A stretch of 64,000 nt of DNA from Candidatus Staskawiczbacteria bacterium RIFCSPHIGHO2_01_FULL_39_25 (GCA_001820095.1 MHOO01000011.1:135227-199226), one strand, 5' to 3'. Positions 37,801 to 46,672 are shown, counted from the first letter of the stretch. Notes: generated from the sequence alone by a model not told the origin. Translations and numbers: made by a program.

Positions 37801-40800
37801 CTCGGCTTGCCGCGGGCGATAAGCAATTTTTAATTGATGCGCTGACTAATGCAAATACTTCTACTGGCGGAGTTATTGATTTAAATGTAAGCTCAATAAC
37901 CACCGGTAATATCGGACTCAATATTGATTACACTTCGGCGGACGGCGTGGCGAATGACGCGGATATGTTTGGTGCCAAATTTAATATCACGCAAAGCGAT
38001 ATTAGCGGGGATTTGTTCGGACTTGTGATTTCAAATCTTGCGACTAGCGCGGCTGTCGGCGCCGACGCCGTTGAATGTTTACTCTGTCTGGACAATGTTG
38101 AAAATACTGCCAATGTTTTAAGTGACGCGATACGGATAACAAACTCCGGCGGAACGGATAACGCCATTACCACCGGTCTTGATTTTGATACGGTAAATAT
38201 CGTAACAGATATAGAATTGCAAAATGGCGAGACGATAGATAATAATACCAACGGCACCATTCTTTTCACTGCGCCCACAACGCAAACATCCGGCATAATG
38301 CTCGTTGGCGATGGCTCGGGCGATTATCTGTCATTTTCCGAAGAATCCGGAGATCCTACTGGTTGCGCAGCGGGAGAATTTAGAATTTGGGCGACAACTA
38401 CGGGGAACATTTTACGAAAATGCGAGAACGGAGCGGTCTCAAATCTTGACGCGGCCGGATCGTGGAGTGAAATTACTGCGCCGTCCGGGAATCTTACTCT
38501 TGACCACAAAGAAAACATTACCACTTTTACGTGGGATAATTTTGACGGAATCGCAAACGCCCTTGATTATTTCAAACTCGCTTCAACAAATGATGCGGAT
38601 ACGGACGGTGCCACACAGAGAATCATGGTCATTACCAATAATGACGCGGCCGGCGCGGGAGTCGGAACGACCGAAACGCTTCTTGCCCTTACCAATGCTG
38701 ACGCAAACGAAGCGATTACCAACGGCATTCTTTTTGACGCAACCGGAGCGGGAGGGGCTACCAACGCATTGCAGATAGCAAATTCAGGAGGGGGTACCAT
38801 TACGACTGGCATTAATTTTGCTTCCGGCACCATTACCACGGGCATTGATCTCTCGGGGGCGGCTTCTACAACCGATATCATTTTGGATGATGGACTGACG
38901 ATTGCCCAGACTTCAGACAATGATTTGGATATTGTTGAAGGAAGCCAAACGCTCAATATTGATTTCGCCGAAACAACAGCAAGCACCATCACGTTTGGAA
39001 CAGTATCTAATTTAGAGTTTGAATCAACGGCAAATTCGGCCGCCTCGTTAAAACTTGAGTCAACTTTGGGCGGCATAGACATCTTTGCATCGGGAGCCGG
39101 AGCGGGAGAAGACATTGATATTGTAGCTACGGGGTCAAGCGTGAACATTACTTCAACTGAAGGAGTTGCAGACGGGCTCGTATTCACTTCAACGAATGGC
39201 GGCATTGACATAACAACTACGGGAGCCGCCGCCGGAGAAGATATTGATGTAACCTCAAGCGCATCCTTGAATCTCGTCGGCCAGGAAGCGGTAACCGACG
39301 CGGTCTTGATTGACGCCTCCAACGCTTCCGGCGGAATAACCATGAGTTTTGCCGCCGGCGGGCTGACAATGGCAAACGATGCGGCCAGCTCAGGCACGCC
39401 CACAGGACTTGTATTCACTGGCGCGCTGCACACGGCTTTAGCCAATGCCGAAGCGACGGATGTAAATTTTAATTTGGGACGCACGGTGCAGTTTACCGGA
39501 ACAGCTACGCTACCAACACAAAGAGCATTCAGAATTCAAAATCCGACTTATTCTTCAGACACAGCCACCAAAACAATCAACAATGCGATAACATTGTCTA
39601 TTGGAGGGCCGCCCATTCAAGGAACAAATGTTACCTTAGGCAGCACCTATGGATTAAAAATAGACACCGCCGCCGTTAGCACCGCCACCAATGCCTATGG
39701 CTTGTATGTTGAAGTCCCAACTGGGGCGACCAACAATTGGTCTGCCTGGCTGACCGGCTCAATGGGCGGTCGGCAGGGGACTTGCGTAAGGACTGATACG
39801 GGGAACCTAACAGTAAACTGGTCAACTGTTACCGGCGGTGCCGGAAATAATTGCAATTCTTCAAGCTCAAACCTCGGCGTAAATAATTTAACTTATTACG
39901 TTGAACAAAATGCCGCCGCGACCGCAACGGTTTTTACCGTTAACATTGATACTATACCCAATATAGACGGAACTATAGCGTTTGTAGTCACAAGAGCTCT
40001 TACGTGCGGTGCTGTAAGCAACAGATCAGTTGTTATCCAAGTTCAGGGGACTACGGTGATGACCAACACTTGTTCGGCAACTGTAACTGATACGGAGTTG
40101 AGCGGCGTTGTCATTAGGGGCAATGGCACGTGGCGCCATATCGGTTATTTTCCGGGTTCCACAAATGACTTGGAAGCGTCAGACTTGGCCGAGTGGATTT
40201 CTTATACTGGCCAAAAACCTGTAGCAGGAGAATTATTATCGGCGGCAAATGCATCTCAGACGGTAGAAAAATCAAATGGTGCCTATCAAAGAGGGCTTTT
40301 AAGCTTTGTTTCCACCAAGCCGCATACTACTATGGGCAAGCAAACGGAAAATTCCGTGCCAATAGTCTTAGCGGGAAGAGCGCCGGTGATTGTAACGACC
40401 AGAAACGGCAATATAAAAAACGGAGATCCCATTACTTCATCTTCAATGCCCGGAGTTGGGATGCGCGCGTGGAAAGCCGGCATTACGGTGGGGAAAGCCC
40501 TTGAAAATACGGATGATTGGAACGACGCAAATTGTCCGGCGGTTTCTTCTTATGAAAACATTTCATGGCCGGAAGATGACGGGACAAATCCCGCGCGCCC
40601 GTGCTTTAATGTCAATGGCGTGTATATCGGAAAAATTATGATGATGATGGAATACGGGTACACAGAGGGCGATGCGGAAGGATTTGTTGACGCAGCGATT
40701 AACAACGCGCCCGAGGGAATGGAAGCGGCGCAGGCGATACTTACCGCGCTTTCAAGTAATAAGCAAACTGATGTAGAGGAAAAAGACCTTTCTCAAATAT

Positions 40801-42089
40801 ATACTGACAGAATCATTGCCGGCCTTGAAGTTATTGCTCCCGAAATCACAACTAAAAAATTGAGTGTTGACGAAATTATTGCTGGGAAAGTTAACGCCAA
40901 GCAAATTTTAGGGCTTGAGATATTTACCGATAAAATTTCCGTTTTGGACGCGGCGGTTGCCGCGCTTGAGTCGTCGCAGGAAAGCGCATCAGAGGATATT
41001 TCAGAAAGCATTGCAGAAAATTCAATAAGCGTCCAAAATCTTATCGCGGCAGTTTCTGGCATACAGCCGCAGATTGATGCGAACGGGGAGACGATCGCGA
41101 ATTTGCAAATTACATTTGATAAATTAAACGAGAACTTCACCGTGCTTTCAGCCGCGGTTTCCGGCATACAGCCGCAGGTTGATGCAAACGGGCAGACACT
41201 TGCGAATTTGCAAGCTACCTTTGACGAATTAAGCAAGAACTTCACGGTCTTCTCAAATTATTTTGCTTTTGATGTTGCCGATGTTTTGCAGATAACCAAG
41301 GGGCTTAAAGTAAATGCGCTTGCAACTTTTTCGGGGGGATTGCAAGTTGATTCCATTGATTCTATTTCCGGCATGTTGTCATTTGTTTCCGATGTTTCTT
41401 TCTTTGGCACGCCGTACTTTAATACCGATACCGCTGGATTTGCGGTTATACATTCCGGTGATCGTTTTGTAGATATAGTATTTGAAAAAGAATACCTAGA
41501 AAAACCGATAGTTAACGCAACTATTTCTCTTGAATCAGATAATCAGTTGGCAGATGAATTGGTATTTACCAGCGATATCAGGTTTATTGTCACCAAGAAA
41601 AGCGTTAAAGGATTTACCATTGTTTTAAATAAACCAGCTCCTGCTGATATTATATTTAGCTGGACTGCGTTTGCCGTAAAAAATCCAAGAACATTCTTTT
41701 CATTAAAACCGGAAGTTGTGGCGCCTGCAGCTTCAGAACCGGCGCCTAGTTTGGCGCCTGCATCGGAGCCTGTTGTTGAACCTGCTATTGAACCTGTCTT
41801 AGAGCCTGCTTCTGAACCACAGCCTGCTTCGGATTCAGAGCCAGCGCCAGAATCTGTTCCGGAATCTGAATCTACTTTGACTCCAGCTTCTGAACCAGTT
41901 CCTGAACCTTCACCAGAACCAGCTCCGGCTGAATCTGACCCACCTGCAACCACAGAGCCGGTTACAGAGCCAGCTCCAGAACCTGCCCTCGAACCAGTGC
42001 CAGAATCAATTTCTGAACCAACTCCGGAGTCAGCCCCCGAGCCTGCCCCAGCCCCCGAACCAACTCCTTCTCCTGAACCAGCCCAGTGA
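34821..42089 (+). CDS. Giant (~2422-aa) secreted or anchored fibre protein with internal duplications, coiled-coil segment, lectin-like module and Pro/Glu/Ala-rich tail
   Basis: Uninterrupted 7.3-kb ORF; hydrophobic signal/anchor FFGIFILIFSIFNVFLAFPA; its C-terminal module is collinear with that of 25818..32429. Confidence 0.85.
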   Translation: MVLGIHILKLKKIRKNTQKFFGIFILIFSIFNVFLAFPANNVLAVTGAPKILSQQGRLLNSSGDLLGGSSGTDYCFKFSIYDASSSGTKLWPSGSPSSMTFNVKNGVFNALVGDTSAGGDVLDYNFQDNDTVYLNVEVATKSGSTCGTFETLTPRQRVASSGYSLNANTVGGFTPAQSATGNQIPVLTSGNLILGSGGGLVITGGAGNPTATNGTVWYDTTANKYKIVENGTVKTLCNTTDAGCGAGGSGSTLQAAYDATGGNIITTTTARDIDFVLDNTATDSNFDIDINAGSTSTVSISRLDGADTGFPAQLLLLENLDTTDGPGMGLLITSVGALDTAIDLSSAAIDTALNVGGNNIIGGTAGITFTDFILSTDGKITFASDTTGDQMFITAPSVNFQALVVDATTNDSTQTEGMIDLNVDTATNTAIGGLALDFAVKDAGGNLTVYGNRTNVTVDTDTGQSHTVAGEYIGITANDASSTTYGLQIVAEDAGEQVATAGLLIENLQATDIDLTDAVLVRATTADSIVDAFDASDTEITNALNVGDNIVTGGDWTVINATDIAEGLTFTLAGGIGFDITGTAGQDFRVTNTGGSIALNASEAIANAIAINASNAAGGIDIDYGTGDIVILGTGVGADFTLDADLISIDGTGTSNFTITGAVDEDFTIAQVGSADNSLIISSTGTTGDALQIKTTAGGIDITSTGAAAGEDIDITTNASVNIFSSEAAVSDAIKLTASDAAGQIFIDAGTTDKTADAIRFDVDINSASVDGLFMDLDVGTALSSGEIGNGLNIDVAGLAGDNAASAINAISLTGDVTSAGTVTAIELNGSFDDSIDLSGASTTIDIRLDDGLTISQTSDDDLDIVEGSQTLNVDFAETTASTITFGTASNLEFESTANSAASLKLESTLGGIDIFASGAGAGEDIDIMATGSSINIQSSEAISDAILIEATGAGGSMRLTAGTGEPSALTDGSDIEFLTTDDILFTPADDVSTRLAAGDKQFLIDALTNANTSTGGVIDLNVSSITTGNIGLNIDYTSADGVANDADMFGAKFNITQSDISGDLFGLVISNLATSAAVGADAVECLLCLDNVENTANVLSDAIRITNSGGTDNAITTGLDFDTVNIVTDIELQNGETIDNNTNGTILFTAPTTQTSGIMLVGDGSGDYLSFSEESGDPTGCAAGEFRIWATTTGNILRKCENGAVSNLDAAGSWSEITAPSGNLTLDHKENITTFTWDNFDGIANALDYFKLASTNDADTDGATQRIMVITNNDAAGAGVGTTETLLALTNADANEAITNGILFDATGAGGATNALQIANSGGGTITTGINFASGTITTGIDLSGAASTTDIILDDGLTIAQTSDNDLDIVEGSQTLNIDFAETTASTITFGTVSNLEFESTANSAASLKLESTLGGIDIFASGAGAGEDIDIVATGSSVNITSTEGVADGLVFTSTNGGIDITTTGAAAGEDIDVTSSASLNLVGQEAVTDAVLIDASNASGGITMSFAAGGLTMANDAASSGTPTGLVFTGALHTALANAEATDVNFNLGRTVQFTGTATLPTQRAFRIQNPTYSSDTATKTINNAITLSIGGPPIQGTNVTLGSTYGLKIDTAAVSTATNAYGLYVEVPTGATNNWSAWLTGSMGGRQGTCVRTDTGNLTVNWSTVTGGAGNNCNSSSSNLGVNNLTYYVEQNAAATATVFTVNIDTIPNIDGTIAFVVTRALTCGAVSNRSVVIQVQGTTVMTNTCSATVTDTELSGVVIRGNGTWRHIGYFPGSTNDLEASDLAEWISYTGQKPVAGELLSAANASQTVEKSNGAYQRGLLSFVSTKPHTTMGKQTENSVPIVLAGRAPVIVTTRNGNIKNGDPITSSSMPGVGMRAWKAGITVGKALENTDDWNDANCPAVSSYENISWPEDDGTNPARPCFNVNGVYIGKIMMMMEYGYTEGDAEGFVDAAINNAPEGMEAAQAILTALSSNKQTDVEEKDLSQIYTDRIIAGLEVIAPEITTKKLSVDEIIAGKVNAKQILGLEIFTDKISVLDAAVAALESSQESASEDISESIAENSISVQNLIAAVSGIQPQIDANGETIANLQITFDKLNENFTVLSAAVSGIQPQVDANGQTLANLQATFDELSKNFTVFSNYFAFDVADVLQITKGLKVNALATFSGGLQVDSIDSISGMLSFVSDVSFFGTPYFNTDTAGFAVIHSGDRFVDIVFEKEYLEKPIVNATISLESDNQLADELVFTSDIRFIVTKKSVKGFTIVLNKPAPADIIFSWTAFAVKNPRTFFSLKPEVVAPAASEPAPSLAPASEPVVEPAIEPVLEPASEPQPASDSEPAPESVPESESTLTPASEPVPEPSPEPAPAESDPPATTEPVTEPAPEPALEPVPESISEPTPESAPEPAPAPEPTPSPEPAQ

Positions 42090-42117
42090 AATACTTTAAA
42101 TTTTTTAATATAGATTC

Positions 42118-42381
42118 ATGTACTATACATATGTAATGCGCAGTTCGAAAGATAATAAATTATACATTGGTTATACGAAAAATTTAAAGTTGAGATTTGA
42201 GCAACATAGCAAAGGTTTGGTAGACTCAACAAAGTACAGAAAACCATTTGTCGTAATTTATTATGAGGCATGTCAATATCAGAAGGATGCTTTAAGAAGG
42301 GAAAAATTTCTTAAAACATACCGTGGTACCCAGTTTTTACATAAGAGACTCAAATCTCATTTCACGGGGGCAAGCACATAA
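42118..42381 (+). CDS. Stand-alone GIY-YIG nuclease-domain protein (87 aa)
   Basis: YYTYVMRS...KLYIGYTKNLKLRFEQH...R.EK.LK pattern (GIY-YIG core). Confidence 0.85.
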   Translation: MYYTYVMRSSKDNKLYIGYTKNLKLRFEQHSKGLVDSTKYRKPFVVIYYEACQYQKDALRREKFLKTYRGTQFLHKRLKSHFTGAST

Positions 42382-42440
42382 CGTTTGTTGTTTATAAAAA
42401 ATATGATAAAATTTATCCGGTTAGTAAAATAATTTTAAAT

Positions 42441-42560
42441 TAGAATCTAGAATCTCGTATCTTGAATCTGGAATAGAATAAAGGAATGCTGAATTCAAAA
42501 AACTTCATATTCCAAATTCAAAATTCAATTCAAGCTACCAGATACTAAATTCAAGATTCA
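42441..42560 (+). repeat. Family-2 quasi-palindromic intergenic element, empty copy
   Basis: AGAATCTAGAATCTCGTATCTTGAATCTGGAATAGAATAAAGGAAT ... TTCCAAATTCAAAATTCAATTCAAGCT...CAAGATTC. Confidence 0.6.
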
Positions 42561-42566
42561 TCGTTT

Positions 42567-43004
42567 ATGGTTCAAAAAGAAACAATTTTAGCCCCAATCC
42601 AAAAAGTAACTCATAATAAAATGGCAATCATTTTGCTTTCAGCCGGATGCATTGCCGCAATGACGATCGCAGGCTATTTTTATTGGCAGCTTGCCGAATT
42701 AAGGAAGAATCTGCAGAATGTTGAACAGCAAGAATTGCAGGAAGTGATCGCTAAAGTTTCCAAGTTAATTGTCTTGCCGGAAGGAGAAACCCCCACAATG
42801 GCTACGGTTACCGACCCCGCTCTTTTAAAAGACCAGCCGTTTTTTGCCAAAGCCCAGAAAGGAGACAAGGTATTAATTTATACTAATGCCAAGAAAGCAA
42901 TCCTGTATAATCCGTCTACTAATAAAATTGTAGAAGTTGCTCCGCTTAATATTGGTAATAACCAACCAGCTGCAGAAAAAACAACTACGCCAGAAACGAA
43001 GTAA
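42567..43004 (+). CDS. Hypothetical membrane-anchored protein
   Basis: 145 aa; one TM helix then a small soluble domain; no recognised family. Confidence 0.55.
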   Translation: MVQKETILAPIQKVTHNKMAIILLSAGCIAAMTIAGYFYWQLAELRKNLQNVEQQELQEVIAKVSKLIVLPEGETPTMATVTDPALLKDQPFFAKAQKGDKVLIYTNAKKAILYNPSTNKIVEVAPLNIGNNQPAAEKTTTPETK

Positions 43005-43012
43005 GCAAAGAG

Positions 43013-43197
43013 CATTAGACGTGAATCTTGAAACCCCTTATTAAAAAGCAAGTTTCAGGTCTTTTTCCTAAATTCCAGCTGCAAATGTGCAATAATTCTA
43101 AAACGTAGCTTGCTACGTTTTAGAATTCTATCACATTTTCGCTCTGGAATTTAGAAAAAATCCCAAGAAAGGGTTTCAAGGTTCACGTCATTAGATG
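43013..43197 (+). ncRNA. Candidate structured element B: 20-bp closing helix, conserved 17-mer, ~100-nt nested hairpin
   Basis: GACGTGAATCTTGAAACCC pairs with GGGTTTCAAGGTTCACGTC (one U-G wobble, + strand only); AAAAGCAAGTTTCAGGT at 43044-43060. Confidence 0.4.
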
Positions 43198-43205
43198 TTA
43201 AAGCG

Positions 43206-44555
43206 ATGCTTAAACGCCAAGGAACACGAAGATCAACACAAAAAAACACAAAAATATTAGTGTTAGTTAGTTTTGTATTAGTGTTAGCATTGGCGTCTTT
43301 TGGCGTATGGCCTGTTAAGGCCGAAGATTATTCCAGCAGCAGTTTTATTGTGCGCGATCCGGTTATCAATATCGCGGCCACGCAAGCCAGTTCTTCATCT
43401 TTTCAATTTTATTCAAGCGCCGGACAGCTGGCTCCCGGTGAGAGCTCAAGCGCTAACTTTAGCTACAAAGCTGGTTTTCTTTATTTTGCTACTGCCACTA
43501 CTCCCGTGATAAGCGCTACAGCTGGAAATGGGCAAGTAAGCTTTACGTGGACTGCTTCCACGGGGACATTTGGGAATGTTACCAATTACCAGCTAGGAAC
43601 CGCTACCTCTTCTGGAGGGTCTTTTACGTATGAGTCAGTGGGAAACGTCGTTTCTTATACCAAAACGGGGCTTACAAACGGCACCACCTATTATTTTAAG
43701 GTTAAGGCGGAAGCAGGGGGGCGTACGGTTGCCGAATCAGCTGAAGTTTCATCAACTCCTGTTGCGCCGGCAGATACTGGCGGGGGAGGCGGAGGGGGCG
43801 GCGGATATAGTTCTCCGACCACCCAGACCATTGTTAATTTTTATGGCAGGGCATACCCCAGAAGCGTCATCACGCTCCTTAAAGATGCCCAAGTTGCAGC
43901 TACCACCGTTGCCGGATCAGATGCCAACTTTCAAATAAGCCTTTCTAACCTTTCTGCGGGAAACTATATTTTTAGCATTTATTCAGAAGACAGCAAGGGC
44001 AATAGGTCTTCTTTGCTGACTTTCCCTATTAGTGTTACGGCGGGAGCCACGACCAATGTGAGCGGCATATTTATTGCGCCTACTATTGCCGTTGATAAGA
44101 GCCAAGTAAAACGGGGAGATAATATAGCTATTTTTGGCCAAAGCGTCTCTGAAGCTGAAATCACTATTTCGGTTAACTCTGACGAGGAATTCTTTGTAAA
44201 AACAAAAGCGGATAAAAACGGAGTCTACTTGAATAATTTTGATACCTCGGTGCTGGAAATGGGAAGCCACCTTGCCAAATCAAAGGCCGCGCTTGCCGAA
44301 AGCATCAGCGCCTACGGCAAGACCGTGGGATTCTTGGTAGGAACTAAAACAGTGTTAAGTGAACCTAGCAAATGCGGGAAGGCTGATTTAAACTGCGACG
44401 GCCGGGTCAATCTGGTGGATTTTTCCATCGCCGCATTTTGGTATAAAAGATCATTAAGTGAAAGTTTCAAGATAATTGAGCAAGAACGCTTAAACGCAGA
44501 CGGCAAGGTTAATTTAACCGACTTTTCAATCATGGCGTACTACTGGACCGGATAA
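43206..44555 (+). CDS. Secreted FN3/Ig-like protein with a C-terminal dockerin
   Basis: Signal/anchor, FN3 (YYFKVKA), poly-Gly linker, two dockerin repeats DLNCDGRVNLVDFS and LNADGKVNLTDFS. Confidence 0.8.
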   Translation: MLKRQGTRRSTQKNTKILVLVSFVLVLALASFGVWPVKAEDYSSSSFIVRDPVINIAATQASSSSFQFYSSAGQLAPGESSSANFSYKAGFLYFATATTPVISATAGNGQVSFTWTASTGTFGNVTNYQLGTATSSGGSFTYESVGNVVSYTKTGLTNGTTYYFKVKAEAGGRTVAESAEVSSTPVAPADTGGGGGGGGGYSSPTTQTIVNFYGRAYPRSVITLLKDAQVAATTVAGSDANFQISLSNLSAGNYIFSIYSEDSKGNRSSLLTFPISVTAGATTNVSGIFIAPTIAVDKSQVKRGDNIAIFGQSVSEAEITISVNSDEEFFVKTKADKNGVYLNNFDTSVLEMGSHLAKSKAALAESISAYGKTVGFLVGTKTVLSEPSKCGKADLNCDGRVNLVDFSIAAFWYKRSLSESFKIIEQERLNADGKVNLTDFSIMAYYWTG

Positions 44556-44591
44556 ATTAATTTTCAATTTTCAATTTTCAATCAATTTTCA

Positions 44592-45503
44592 ATGACACAA
44601 TTTACAAAGAAAAATTTATCTTTTTTCCTTCTGGTTGCTGGTTGCTGGTTGCTGGTTGCTACCCCTGCTCAAGCAGCCGAGGTTTTTTTTGGCGCTAACA
44701 GTAAAGAAGTGCAAGTAGACACCAAATTTGAAGTGGGGGTTTTTCTCAATGCCCAGGATCAATCGGTTAACGCCGTGGAAGCCCAGATTATTTTTCCCGC
44801 AGATTCCTTTGTATTTGAAGGCTTTCTTAGCGGGAACTCTGTTATTACCCTGTGGATTCAGCAGCCAAAATTAATTTCACCGGGAGTTATTTCATTTTCC
44901 GGTATTATGCCAGGAGGGTTCATGAGCCAGAAAGGATATCTGTTTTCCCTGATATTTAGAGCTGTTGAAACTGGCAATGCAACCATTGCTGCTGACCAAG
45001 AGAAGGTGCTTTTAGATGATGGAGAAGGTTCTGAAACCAGCATTTCCAAAGCTCCTTTGGCAATTAATATTGTAGAAAAAAGTTCTTCCCCTTTATTTAC
45101 TCCGCTTTATGATCCGGTGTTGCCGGAAGCATTTGAACCCCAAATCAGCAAAGATCCAAATGTATATGAAGAAAAATATTTTTTGACATTTGCCACTCAA
45201 GACAAAGACTCCGGAGTAGATTATTATGAGGTAATGGAGAGCGGCCAGTTCGGTTCATTTGCAAGCTTGTTGAAAAAGAGGCAATGGGTTCGGGCAGAAA
45301 GCCCTTATCTTTTGCAAGATCAATCATTAAAGAGCGTAATATCGGTGAAAGCCGTTGATAGAGCAGGGAATGAAAGGCTGGCAACTGTTAATGCGTCCAA
45401 TGGCTTTCCATGGTATGAGAATTATATTATTTGGATTATAATATTAATAATAATCGGGTCTTTGATGGTGATTTTTAAAAAGTTTCTATGGAAAAAGAAA
45501 TAA
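44592..45503 (+). CDS. Cohesin-domain protein with a C-terminal TM anchor
   Basis: Signal peptide, cohesin-like beta-sandwich pattern (FEVGVFLNA..VNAVEAQIIFP...GYLFSLIFRAVETGNATI), C-terminal TM IIWIIILIIIGSLMVIF. Confidence 0.72.
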   Translation: MTQFTKKNLSFFLLVAGCWLLVATPAQAAEVFFGANSKEVQVDTKFEVGVFLNAQDQSVNAVEAQIIFPADSFVFEGFLSGNSVITLWIQQPKLISPGVISFSGIMPGGFMSQKGYLFSLIFRAVETGNATIAADQEKVLLDDGEGSETSISKAPLAINIVEKSSSPLFTPLYDPVLPEAFEPQISKDPNVYEEKYFLTFATQDKDSGVDYYEVMESGQFGSFASLLKKRQWVRAESPYLLQDQSLKSVISVKAVDRAGNERLATVNASNGFPWYENYIIWIIILIIIGSLMVIFKKFLWKKK

Positions 45504-46519
45504 TTTATCGCAAAACGGACGCGAAACATAACGCAAAACGGACGCGAAATTTTTGCGTCTTTTTAGCGTTTTTGTTTTGCGTTAGTTTGGCGATGCCTGC
45601 CGCAGCAGAAGCGGCGAATTTATACTTTTCTCCGGTTTCAGGAAACTATGCCCAAGGAGAAAATTTTACGGTGAGTATCTTAGTAAATGCGGAAAAGCCG
45701 GTGAATGCGGTAAGCGGAACCATATCTTTTAACACCAAATATTTAGAAGTGCTTTCACTAAGTTATGCCAGCAGTATCATTAACCTTTGGGTGGTAAATC
45801 CCACCTTTTCTAACAAAGGAAGCACGGGAAATGTGAATTTTGAGGGAGTCATTTTTAACCCCGGCTATACGGGGTTTCAAGGAAGAGTCATTGACGTTGT
45901 ATTCCGCGCAAAGAGTATTGGGTCTACCAACTTGGTCTATAGCAATTCTGCGATACTAGCGAACGATGGAGAAGGCACGAATGTGGCTTCATCAAGCGGA
46001 TCAGCTACGTTTAACATTATTAAGTCGCAAGCGCCGCCGCAGGAAGTTTTGGAAAAAATAAAAAAAATTGAGGAAGATATAAAGACGATTACTGAAAAGC
46101 CTGCTCCCAAACCGGTGGTAATCGTGCAAACGTCAGAAGCGCCCCCTATATTAAAATTTTGGAATAGCCTGCCAGCCTGGCTAAGGGGAAGTGTTATTGC
46201 GGCGGTAAGCATACTTACCTTGATTTTCTTATTTATTATCGGCAGCTTGCTCTTAATTGTCATGGTATGGCTTTGGGGCCACGTATGGCGCAGAAGGCAA
46301 ATTTGGGCGTATAACGTCAAGCGTTTTTTCCTTACGCTTCTGCTCTTGCTTGGGTTGGCCAGGCGGGAGCTAAAGGGAGATATCCTTTACGGCGTCCATG
46401 AATTTAAAGAAGAGTTTAGCCATGCGGGCGATATTCCATCATTCAGGATGGTTTTGATTAATTATTGTTTGTTGATTGGAAGAGTAACAAAACGATTCTT
46501 CACCAAGAACGAAGGCTAG
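45488..46519 (+). CDS. Cohesin-domain protein with C-terminal TM segments
   Basis: 16-nt overlap with the previous gene; NFTVSILVNAEKPVNAVSGTISFNTKYLEV...VIDVVFRAKSIGSTNL; hydrophobic C-terminal helices. Confidence 0.72.
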   Translation: MEKEIIYRKTDAKHNAKRTRNFCVFLAFLFCVSLAMPAAAEAANLYFSPVSGNYAQGENFTVSILVNAEKPVNAVSGTISFNTKYLEVLSLSYASSIINLWVVNPTFSNKGSTGNVNFEGVIFNPGYTGFQGRVIDVVFRAKSIGSTNLVYSNSAILANDGEGTNVASSSGSATFNIIKSQAPPQEVLEKIKKIEEDIKTITEKPAPKPVVIVQTSEAPPILKFWNSLPAWLRGSVIAAVSILTLIFLFIIGSLLLIVMVWLWGHVWRRRQIWAYNVKRFFLTLLLLLGLARRELKGDILYGVHEFKEEFSHAGDIPSFRMVLINYCLLIGRVTKRFFTKNEG

Positions 46520-46520
46520 C

Positions 46521-46668
46521 CTTGAATTTGAAATTCGAAATTTGAAATTTGAATTCAATATTTTAATATTTAAATGTTCCAATTTGAAAACACGACGTCC
46601 GGTTTAAATCATTTCAAATTTGATAATTTCAAATTGACTTCAAATTGTAAATTGTAAATTTCAAATTT
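46521..46668 (-). repeat. Family-1 quasi-palindromic intergenic element, copy 3 (inverted)
   Basis: Reverse complement contains GAAATGATTTAAACCGGACGTCGTGTTTTCAAATT with the same arms. Confidence 0.65.
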
Positions 46669-46672
46669 TTTC

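Noticed and set aside
25818-42089. Prophage interpretation of the tail-fibre-like, S74 and collagen-like giant genes
   Set aside because: No capsid, portal, terminase, tail-tube, lysis or integrase genes occur anywhere in the 64 kb. The N-terminal TM anchors and neighbouring cohesin-dockerin genes fit a cellular surface structure.
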